From IMG/VR virus record IMGVR_UViG_3300016484_000738, positions 1-33,067 of that record: a stretch of DNA of 33,067 nucleotides. One strand, given 5' to 3'. The position numbers and the translations under genes were made by a program. Below are positions 18,145 to 25,456 of the stretch, piece by piece. This DNA is from a virus. Its lineage: Duplodnaviria > Caudoviricetes. Numbering within the stretch: position 1 is the stretch's first letter; each line of letters starts with the position of its first letter. A model generated the notes under the pieces. That model saw nothing but the letters and a program-made list of their open reading frames with translations, was not told where the DNA came from and ran no database searches.

Positions 18145-19335
18145 TCAGCCGACCGCGCGCACCGCGAGGCTGACGTGCAACTCGCGGCCGATGCGCTGGG
18201 CCACGACCAGCGTGCCCGCCTCGCGCCAGCGCCGCGAGGCCTCGCCGGTCGACACGCCCATAGCCCGGCCGAGCTCGCTCACCGTCATGGATCGACCCGC
18301 CGCCTGCAGCGCGGCAACGATATCGCTCGACCCGCCAAGCTTGCCGACAACCTTCGCCGACGTTGGCCGGGCACCGTTGCCGGCGTGCAGGGTGACGACG
18401 TTTGCCGGCAACTGTTGTGCAGGCTCTGCGGCAACCTTTGCCGGCAACGATTGCCGACGACGTTTGCCGGCAACCTTCGCCGCCGGGCGACGCTTGGACG
18501 TTGCCGGCAACGATTGCCGGTGACCGAGCGCGAGGCCGAAAAAGGCAATCGTTGCCGCCTCGCCGATCACCACGCCGACAAACGGCATGACCAGCTCGAG
18601 CCGTTCCTCGATCGCGGCCGCCGTCGCCGTGACGAACGGCAGCGCCGCGATCACCTTCGCCGCATGCGCATAACCGCCCGTCGCCGCCGGCGCCTTCAAG
18701 CCGTCGAGATATTTGCGCGCCTCGGCGACCTGCGGCTCGAGCTCGTGCTTGCGGATCGCGGCGGCCATCTCGACGCGCAGTTTCAAGAGCGGGCCGCAGG
18801 CCTGCGCCGACTCGGGCTTGGTGATATCGGTGCACTGCATCGACCGCCGGAACACCGCGACGGGCACCTGGCCGTCGGCGCTGCCGACGATCGCATCCAT
18901 CGCCGCGCGCACCGATTGCGTCGAGCGGGCGCCGGCGACGGTCTGCAGCTCGGCGTCGAGGCGCTGCCAGGCGGCGAGCGCGGCGGCGCGCTCCTCGCGC
19001 GACTTGGCGGCGCCGGCGACCTTGCTCGCCTGGGTTTCGGCGTTGCGCATGCCCGAGGAGACGACGACATAGCCGGTCGCCCCGATGAACACGAGCACCA
19101 GCAGCAGGCCGTAAGCGATCGAGCCTTGCCGCAACGACGGCAAGGCGAAGTGACCGGCGGCGATCGCCGCCACGATCCCCGTGATCGCCGCGATGTGAGA
19201 GACCGTGAGACGATCGAGCAGCGCCGGCGACCAGGCCCAGACGTCGTCGAGCAGCACACGGGCCGTCACGCCCGCAAAGAACAGCGCCAGCGCCATTGCC
19301 GGCCAGCTGCGAATTGTGCTATGTGAATGCCGCAT
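18145..19335 (-). CDS. Multi-pass membrane protein with coiled coil and C-terminal winged HTH
   Basis: About 3 N-terminal TM segments, helical region with Cys pair, further TM, basic linker, MTVSELGRAMGVSTGEASRRW HTH; GAGG RBS before ATG 19335. Confidence 0.7.
   Translation of the reverse strand: MRHSHSTIRSWPAMALALFFAGVTARVLLDDVWAWSPALLDRLTVSHIAAITGIVAAIAAGHFALPSLRQGSIAYGLLLVLVFIGATGYVVVSSGMRNAETQASKVAGAAKSREERAAALAAWQRLDAELQTVAGARSTQSVRAAMDAIVGSADGQVPVAVFRRSMQCTDITKPESAQACGPLLKLRVEMAAAIRKHELEPQVAEARKYLDGLKAPAATGGYAHAAKVIAALPFVTATAAAIEERLELVMPFVGVVIGEAATIAFFGLALGHRQSLPATSKRRPAAKVAGKRRRQSLPAKVAAEPAQQLPANVVTLHAGNGARPTSAKVVGKLGGSSDIVAALQAAGRSMTVSELGRAMGVSTGEASRRWREAGTLVVAQRIGRELHVSLAVRAVG
18313..18557. 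repeat. Array of 13-bp quasi-palindromic repeats GGCAACNNTTGCC
   Basis: Four tandem units at 18430-18481; further copies near 18346, 18394, 18506, 18544. Confidence 0.85.
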
Positions 19336-19424
19336 GTCGTGCCTCTTGTTCCGCAAGGGGTGGACTTAGGCCCGGCGCACCGTTCCCGCGGTGCGTCGGG
19401 CCGTTCGATTTCATGGGTATAGCC

Positions 19425-19483
19425 GATTTGTGTTTACAAATCCACACAAATCTATTACAAACGCGGGCATCAGCAACACAAAC
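19425..19483. promoter_or_regulatory. Putative operator in divergent promoter region
   Basis: GATTTGT-N4-ACAAATC inverted repeat; ACAAA at 19436, 19446, 19457, 19478. Confidence 0.65.
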
Positions 19484-19499
19484 GCCCGGATTTCTGCCC

Positions 19500-19688
19500 A
19501 TGTCCTCGCCCTCGACCGACAAGCCGGTGATCAGCTTCCGCATCAGCGAGGAGCTCAAAGCGGCCCTGCAGCGCCTGGCCGAGGCCGACGAGCGCAGTCT
19601 CGCGAGCTACGTCGAGCGTGCGCTCCGCGCCCATGTCGAGGCCGCCGACAAGGCCGCGGCCGTTGCGCGCAATCGGCAAATCACATAA
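19500..19688 (+). CDS. Ribbon-helix-helix (Arc/CopG-like) regulator
   Basis: VISFRISEELKAALQRLAEADERSLASYVERAL. Confidence 0.85.
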   Translation: MSSPSTDKPVISFRISEELKAALQRLAEADERSLASYVERALRAHVEAADKAAAVARNRQIT

Positions 19689-19730
19689 ACGGCGTGGGCC
19701 GTGCCGCGTCACACGCCTCGAGGTGACCGC

Positions 19731-20150
19731 ATGCACCGAATCGCAGTCTGCGCCCTCTTGCTCGTGCTCGCAGGTTGCGCGGCAACCGCGGGCCCGCCGC
19801 TGCCGCAGACGATCGAGGATCCGCCGCCGGCCGAATGGCGCGCCAAGCTCGCGGCGCACGTCAAGGCGACGTTCAAAGATCCAGCCAGCATCCGCGACGC
19901 GGCGATCGCAGCGGCGCCGGTGCCCGAGATCGTGCCGGCGCAGCTGCAGCATACCCTGCGCCCGCGCTGGGTCGTGTGCTTTGCCGCCAACGCAAAGAAC
20001 GGATTCGGCGGTTACAACGGTCTGACCGTCTATCAAGCGACCTTCCGTGACGGCCAGGTGCTCGCCGTGCACCCGGCGCGCGACATGGGCCCAGCCTGCA
20101 ACGGCGTCGCCCTGCAGCCCTTCCCCGAGATCAACGGCGCCGGCGTCTAG
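19731..20150 (+). CDS. Lipoprotein, possible lysogenic conversion/superinfection exclusion
   Basis: GAGGTG RBS; lipobox LAG-C; KDP.S and NAKNGFGGY motifs. Confidence 0.75.
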   Translation: MHRIAVCALLLVLAGCAATAGPPLPQTIEDPPPAEWRAKLAAHVKATFKDPASIRDAAIAAAPVPEIVPAQLQHTLRPRWVVCFAANAKNGFGGYNGLTVYQATFRDGQVLAVHPARDMGPACNGVALQPFPEINGAGV

Positions 20151-21373
20151 CCCTCGGCCGCAGCCTCGCCCCGTAACGGCACGACCACGCTCGCCGTGCC
20201 GGCACCGCAATAGCGCGCCCAGGCAGCCATAACTTCGCGCCGGCGCTCGAGCGCGTGCCCGCGCCGATAGGCCCGCTCGACCGCGCTCGCGATCGTATGC
20301 GCGAGCGCCTGCTCGGCGAGCTCGCCGGGATAGCTTGTCGCGTCTGCGATCCAGTCGCGAAACGTCGAGCGAAACCCGTGCACGGTCACGCCCGGCGCCA
20401 GACCCTTGAGCAGCTCGGCCATGGCCATGTTCGACAACGGCCGCCGCGGATCGCGCGCCGGGAACACATGCACGCCGCCGAGCTGACGCGCCTCCTCGAG
20501 GATCTTGAGCGCGCGCGCCGACAACGGCACCCGGTGCTCGCGCCGCATCTTCATACGCTCGGCCGGCACGATCCAGACCTTGTCGGCCGGCACGATCTCG
20601 GCCCAGCGCGCGCCGATCGTCTCGCTCGTGCGCGCCGCTGTCAGTATCGTGAATTCGAGCGCCAGCGCCGAGACGCTGTCACGCGCGCGCAGCAAACCCA
20701 TGAACGCCGGCAGCTCGCGCCAGGGCAGCGCCCGGTGATGCCCGCGCGCGAGCGACTGCTGCCGCGCCAGCATCATCTGCAAGTGACCCTTCCAGCGCGC
20801 GGGATTGTCGCCGGCGCGGTGACCTGCAGCCTTGGCGGCGTCGAGCACGCGCTCGATCCGCCCGCGCAGGCGCTGGGCCGTCTCGGGCTTCGCCAGCCAG
20901 ACCGGCTTGAGCACCGCGAGCACGTCCTCGGTCCCGACCTTGTCGACGGGGATCCGGCGCAGGCGCGCGCAATAGGCCTCGCCGAGCGTCATGCGCCAGT
21001 GTGCGACGTTCTTCGGATTGCGCAGGCCCGGCGCGATCGCGTCGACATAGGAATCGGCCGCCGCCCCGAACGTCGGCGCGGCCTGCGGGCCCCGGCGCAC
21101 GCTGCGCGGATCCTCGCCCCGGGCGATCGCCTGGCGGCACGCGCGGGCGAGATCGCGGGCCGCCGCGAGCGTCACGTCGCGCACCGGCCCGAGCGAGATC
21201 GTCTGCTCGCGCGACGCCTCGCGGGCGCCGCGCCGCCAGCGCAGCAGCCACAAGCGCTCGACACCGGCGCCGCGCTGGCGCACCTGCAGATAGAGACCGC
21301 CGCCGTCGGCATAGCGCCCGGGCTTGGTGACGGTCGACACGAAGCGATGTGTCAGAAGCGACGAGGCGGCCAC
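20147..21373 (-). CDS. int: Tyrosine integrase (P4-like, N-terminal arm-binding domain)
   Basis: PGRYADGGGLYL N-terminus; catalytic R (TAARTSE), K, HGFR, LAH, Y (ERAY). Confidence 0.95.
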   Translation of the reverse strand: MAASSLLTHRFVSTVTKPGRYADGGGLYLQVRQRGAGVERLWLLRWRRGAREASREQTISLGPVRDVTLAAARDLARACRQAIARGEDPRSVRRGPQAAPTFGAAADSYVDAIAPGLRNPKNVAHWRMTLGEAYCARLRRIPVDKVGTEDVLAVLKPVWLAKPETAQRLRGRIERVLDAAKAAGHRAGDNPARWKGHLQMMLARQQSLARGHHRALPWRELPAFMGLLRARDSVSALALEFTILTAARTSETIGARWAEIVPADKVWIVPAERMKMRREHRVPLSARALKILEEARQLGGVHVFPARDPRRPLSNMAMAELLKGLAPGVTVHGFRSTFRDWIADATSYPGELAEQALAHTIASAVERAYRRGHALERRREVMAAWARYCGAGTASVVVPLRGEAAAEG

Positions 21374-21390
21374 GTTTCAGCGTCTCCCGT

Positions 21391-21632
21391 GATCCCGGTA
21401 CACCGACCGGCACACCGACGGGCGTGCGCTCGGCAGTAACTCACGGTCACAACGTGCAACAACTCGAGGCCGGATTTACAGGGGATTCGCGCCCTCGTGC
21501 AACACGAGGCACCACCAGGCACCAGGTCTGCAAATCCTACCCCCGGAGCCAAAGACACAACGCAAGCAACTGATTTATATATATTTTTTAGAGCGCCGCC
21601 GATCCCGGATCACCGACCGGTTCACCGACGGG
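21391..21632. other. attP: arm repeats (21391-21422, 21601-21632), tRNA-like core (21531-21551), IHF site (21563-21575)
   Basis: GATCCCGGnnCACCGACCGGnnCACCGACGGG twice; CAAATCCTACCCCCGGAGCCA resembles a tRNA 3' end; minus-strand AATCAGTTGCTTG fits WATCARnnnnTTR. Confidence 0.8.
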
Positions 21633-21663
21633 AACGGGCTCGACGACGGCCGCGGAGTCAGGA

Positions 21664-21759
21664 TCAGCCGCGGCAGCACATGATCGCGACGCCGACCAGC
21701 ACGAACAGGCCGGTCAAAACCGGCACGGCCAGCACGGCGATCTCTGGGGCGATGATCAT
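21664..21759 (-). CDS. 31-aa single-TM peptide
   Basis: MIIAPEIAVLAVPVLTGLFVLVGVAIMCCRG; ATGA-coupled to the xis stop; GAGG RBS. Confidence 0.55.
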   Translation of the reverse strand: MIIAPEIAVLAVPVLTGLFVLVGVAIMCCRG

Positions 21760-21989
21760 AGGGACGCCTCACCGCCCGTCGTCGGCGCTGGGCTTGCCTC
21801 GACATCGAGCGCGAGAATGCGCGCGATCTCGCTCGCCGGCACCAGGCGCCGCCCGCGCATCTTGACCGTGTGAATCTGGCCGGCGCAATGCATGCGCCAG
21901 ACCGTCACGCGATGCACGCCGAGACGGGCGGCGGCAGCCTGCATCGATAGCGCCGCCGGCGCTGGATCGGGACTCGCTGTAACGCTCAC
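21756..21989 (-). CDS. xis: Excisionase-like HTH protein
   Basis: LSMQAAAARLGVHRVTVWRM..GQI..VKMRGRRLVPASEI; GGAG RBS and GTG 21989; next to attP/int. Confidence 0.8.
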   Translation of the reverse strand: MSVTASPDPAPAALSMQAAAARLGVHRVTVWRMHCAGQIHTVKMRGRRLVPASEIARILALDVEASPAPTTGGEASL

Positions 21990-22264
21990 AACCAAACTCC
22001 TACGATCTGCGGCTCGTCGTAGGGATGACGGGCGAGGAACACCAGGCCGGGCGGCAGTTCGGCCTCGACGGCTGCGCGCGTCGCGCCTCGGATGTCGACG
22101 CGCGTGACGACAGGTTTCGGCAACGACACGCAGAGCCGCGCGACGAATCCCTCTGGGTAATCGTTCGGGCGCTCGTGCAAGACCCACATCGGAAGTTGCT
22201 CGCGATAGTGATGATGCAGTTGCGCGAGTTGCTCGCGAGAGCGCCGCGGCAGGGGCGAGGTCAT
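21986..22264 (-). CDS. Conserved hypothetical protein (W..RP.DYP.GFVAR..LP.GL..R..D.P.IV..WL)
   Basis: Translationally coupled at both ends. Confidence 0.7.
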   Translation of the reverse strand: MTSPLPRRSREQLAQLHHHYREQLPMWVLHERPNDYPEGFVARLCVSLPKPVVTRVDIRGATRAAVEAELPPGLVFLARHPYDEPQIVGVWL

Positions 22265-22491
22265 GGTTTCCCTACCAGGCGCGGGTGCGCGGCCTCGTCC
22301 GCGGTCAACCCACGCGGCTCGGCGACCGTGTTGCCTTTGATATTGCCGCACATGGGGCAGTGAGCGCCCTGCATCACCGCGACCGTGCGCATCGCCTCGA
22401 GCGGCAGCACGACAACGTCATAGATCCAATCGCAGGCGGCGCATTTTGTGCGCAGCATCTGCTTTCCCGGCCCGAGATCCCTGGTCGTCAT
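22261..22491 (-). CDS. Zinc-ribbon protein
   Basis: CAAC..CPMC; ATGA coupling. Confidence 0.7.
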   Translation of the reverse strand: MTTRDLGPGKQMLRTKCAACDWIYDVVVLPLEAMRTVAVMQGAHCPMCGNIKGNTVAEPRGLTADEAAHPRLVGKP

Positions 22492-23024
22492 GGCGCGTCG
22501 CCCTCCCCGGCGAGCAGATCGTCGAGATCTGTTTTCGCGCGATCGATACGATCGTTGACGGTCGGCAGATTGGCCACGTCCTCGGCCAGGAAGAACGCGA
22601 CGATCGCGAGCCGCGCGGGGTCGAACGGCTCGCCCTGGCGCGCCTTCATCGCGCGCGCCATCAGCGCGATCGCACGGCCCGCCGACTGCAGCGCGACCTG
22701 CTCGACGAGATCGGGATCGTGCCCGGCCTCGCGGCCCATTTCGACCCACCAGGCGAGCGAGCCGAGCAGCGACACGTCGAGGCGGCGCACCTGCTCGGCG
22801 TTGTCACGGGCGAACGCCTCAAGGCTCTCGCGCAGGCCGATCGGCGTTCTCGATCGATCGAATGCCCGCTGGATACCTTCGAGCAAGCGATCGCGTTCCT
22901 CGATCCCGACGAGCGGCACTGCCTGAACACCCTCGACCGACGTGCTGCGCTGCTGGTCGCGCACCCGCTCGGCGAGCCTCTGCACTTGGCCGCCCTGTTC
23001 GTGTCTCGAATTGTGTGAGGTCAT
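22488..23024 (-). CDS. Hypothetical helical protein, first gene of the leftward early operon
   Basis: GGAAGG RBS; coupled to downstream gene. Confidence 0.65.
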   Translation of the reverse strand: MTSHNSRHEQGGQVQRLAERVRDQQRSTSVEGVQAVPLVGIEERDRLLEGIQRAFDRSRTPIGLRESLEAFARDNAEQVRRLDVSLLGSLAWWVEMGREAGHDPDLVEQVALQSAGRAIALMARAMKARQGEPFDPARLAIVAFFLAEDVANLPTVNDRIDRAKTDLDDLLAGEGDAP

Positions 23025-23066
23025 GACCGCTGCCCTTCCCGCTCGGCTCGGTTCCTGCACCTCGTA

Positions 23067-23104
23067 TGGAAAAATCCTCGACCCTGGTCAAGAGGATTCC
23101 TTCA
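23067..23104. promoter_or_regulatory. Putative left operator sites
   Basis: TGGAAAAATCCT and AGGATTCCTTCA resemble the AGGAAATTTCCT palindrome at 24041. Confidence 0.55.
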
Positions 23105-23345
23105 CTGCCTTTCAAAGAAAAATACACGATCCCGCCGCGAGGCGGGTTCCTGTTTTTATTATTGTAGAAGTTTAAGTGATTTTTTCTTCGCGCGCGCGAG
23201 GGGATGGCGCAACGCATTGGCATGGTTGACGTTTCGGCGTTTTCGAGCGCGGCGGGACATTCACCGGATATCCCGTGAACATCCAACGTCTATCGACAGA
23301 TCATCCCCAGGCTTGTGCACAGCCCGGCCGGTGGCTCGGCGCGGC

Positions 23346-23972
23346 TCACGTATCCCTGTGGAGCGAGCGCAGAATGCCGACGATGCGCGCCACATGCGGC
23401 AGCGCCGGGTCGTCGAGCGCCATCGCGAGATTGTCGGTCGTGCGATTCGTCACGACGATCGCAGGGCGCAGGAATTCGCGCAGCCAAAGCCGCGGTGCCT
23501 CCTCGCCGCGTGCGACCTCGACGAGCACCAATTGTTCGGATCGCACGCCCTCGATCGCCGCCGGCGCCGTGTCGAACGTGAGTACGTCGCCGACCAGAAT
23601 GCCGAGGGGATGCCGCCCGACGACGTCACGACGCACCCGATAACTCGCGCCCGATCGGGCCTGCACGGGCACGCCAGGCATGCGTGTCGGCGTGTACGGC
23701 TCGACGTCGTCGTCGTCGCTGGGTGGGCGGGTCGCCGGCCGCGACCGGGCCGCATCGGGCCCGAGGCCCAGCTGCTCGATCGGGATTCCGAGCATGGCAT
23801 GCAGCGCCAGGCGATCCTCGTGCGCGAGTTTCCGCGGGCTCTTTTTTCCGTAGAGATATTGTTGGAGGTACGAACCATTGCGCCCGAGGCGCAGCGATAC
23901 CTCGCGCAGGCTGATGGCCTCAGCCTGCGGAGAGTTCAGGAAGTCAATCAGGTTCTGGCGCACGTCGGTCAT
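23346..23972 (-). CDS. CI-like repressor (HTH + degenerate S24-like domain)
   Basis: SLREVSLRLGRNGSYLQQYL..PRKL..EDR..L..LG is typical of alphaproteobacterial phage repressors; divergent from a Cro-like gene. Confidence 0.8.
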   Translation of the reverse strand: MTDVRQNLIDFLNSPQAEAISLREVSLRLGRNGSYLQQYLYGKKSPRKLAHEDRLALHAMLGIPIEQLGLGPDAARSRPATRPPSDDDDVEPYTPTRMPGVPVQARSGASYRVRRDVVGRHPLGILVGDVLTFDTAPAAIEGVRSEQLVLVEVARGEEAPRLWLREFLRPAIVVTNRTTDNLAMALDDPALPHVARIVGILRSLHRDT

Positions 23973-23995
23973 GCATCGTCATATCGCACCGACTT

Positions 23996-24052
23996 GAGGA
24001 AAACTTTTTTCGGATGCGCGGATTTTCCCTCTTGTGGTTAAGGAAATTTCCT
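23996..24052. promoter_or_regulatory. Right operator region (about three sites)
   Basis: Perfect palindrome AGGAAATTTCCT at 24041-24052; variants CGGATTTTCCCT (24019) and AGGAAAACTTTT (23997). Confidence 0.7.
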
Positions 24053-24066
24053 CTATTGATCCGCGC

Positions 24067-24378
24067 ATGGTCGCACAGTCACGGTCGCCGCGCCCGAGCG
24101 GTAAATCCGAGATCAGGAAGTCGATCGAGCGGTTCCTCGAGCGGCACGGCATGTCGGCGGGCAAGTTCGGCCTCGCCGCCTGCAACGATCCCAATCTCGT
24201 GAAACAGGTGCGCGCCGGGCGCGAGCTGCGTTCGGCGACGCAACTCAGGATCTTCACCTACATGCGCAACGTCGAGGGCCCGCCCCGCCGGCGTCGCAAA
24301 GTCTCGACCTCGACACTGTCTCCCGATCCCACACCCCGCACCCCGGCGAAGCCGTCACCGGCTCACCCGGCGGAATAG
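24067..24378 (+). CDS. Cro-like regulator
   Basis: IERFLERHGMSAGKFG..NDPNLV..R.GRELR..T; position opposite the repressor. Confidence 0.8.
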   Translation: MVAQSRSPRPSGKSEIRKSIERFLERHGMSAGKFGLAACNDPNLVKQVRAGRELRSATQLRIFTYMRNVEGPPRRRRKVSTSTLSPDPTPRTPAKPSPAHPAE

Positions 24379-24466
24379 CGTCTCACAAGGCCTCACCCAT
24401 TCGTCGGCGTAACGGGGACACGATCGCGCGTTCCCCGGTCTGCCCTCTGTTGTCCGGAGTCCGATC

Positions 24467-24823
24467 ATGCAGCTGCCGCCCGTCAAAGTCAGTGAGTCGC
24501 AGATCCAGCGCGCCGTGTTCCAGCACCTGCGCCTGCGCGCGCTGCCCGACGTCGTCGCCTATCACCCGGCCAACGGCGGCCAGCGCAGCAAGGCCGAGGC
24601 CGGCCGGTTCCGCGCCGAGGGCGTCACGCCTGGCATTCCCGACGTCGCGCTCGTGATCGGCGGCAGCGCCTATTTCCTCGAGCTCAAAACCGCGAAAGGC
24701 CGCCTCTCGCCGGTGCAGGTCGACATGCACCAGCGCCTGGTGCGCGCCCGCGCCGAGGTCGCCGTCGCGCACTCGCTCGACGACGCGATCGCGCAGCTCG
24801 TGCGCTGGGGGGCGATGCGATGA
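24467..24823 (+). CDS. VRR-NUC nuclease
   Basis: ESQIQ..HPANGG.R..GV.PG.PD..FLELKT.KGRLS..Q. Confidence 0.9.
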   Translation: MQLPPVKVSESQIQRAVFQHLRLRALPDVVAYHPANGGQRSKAEAGRFRAEGVTPGIPDVALVIGGSAYFLELKTAKGRLSPVQVDMHQRLVRARAEVAVAHSLDDAIAQLVRWGAMR

Positions 24824-24931
24824 CCAGGCCGCGAGGCATCGCGCGCGGGCCGCCCGGTGCGGCGCAGATGGGCAGTGCGCCCGAGGGGACAGATCAGGAC
24901 GAGACGGCCAGACCAGCGCGGGAAACACGAC

Positions 24932-25456
24932 ATGCACCAGCAGACCACGGGAAAATACGGCGACGAGGTCGTCGCCTTCATACGAGAGCAGCTGCAGGAC
25001 GGGCGCAGCTTCACGTCGATCGCCGTCGCGCTGCACGACGCCGGTCACGGCACATTCACGAGCGGATCCGTCGCCGGCATCGTCTGGCGCTATATCAAGG
25101 GCAAAAGCCCGCGCGGCGAGCGGGCCGCACATATTCCGGTGCCCGTCACCGCCCCGCCGCCGCCGCCGAAACAGCGCCGAATGACGACGCTCGATCCCTG
25201 GTCGAAGCACGCCCGCGCCAACGCACACGCCGCTCTGCCGTTGCCGACCGAGGCGCCGCCCGCGCCGTCGCAGAGCCTGGTCGCGACACGCGATCTCGAG
25301 CCGCATCATTGCCGCTGGCCGTTCGGGCACCCGGGCGAGGATCATTTCGGGCATTGCGGCGCGCGTCGTGACGGCGCCGGGCCCTACTGCGGCGAACACG
25401 CCCGCCGTGCCGTGTTGCGTTCCCTCGAGGCTCCGAGCGAGGAGGCCGCGGCATGA
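24932..25456 (+). CDS. gcrA: GcrA-like transcription regulator
   Basis: N-terminal HTH (GRSFTSIA..SVAGIVWR) and C-terminal L...CRWP.G.P...CG...PYC..H. Confidence 0.85.
   Translation: MHQQTTGKYGDEVVAFIREQLQDGRSFTSIAVALHDAGHGTFTSGSVAGIVWRYIKGKSPRGERAAHIPVPVTAPPPPPKQRRMTTLDPWSKHARANAHAALPLPTEAPPAPSQSLVATRDLEPHHCRWPFGHPGEDHFGHCGARRDGAGPYCGEHARRAVLRSLEAPSEEAAA

Noticed and set aside
18313-18557. CRISPR-like array
   Set aside because: Units are 13 bp, degenerate and abutting, with no unique spacers and no cas genes
21531-21551. Possible tRNA gene
   Set aside because: Only the last 21 nt are tRNA-like; upstream sequence cannot form D or anticodon arms, so it is treated as an att core
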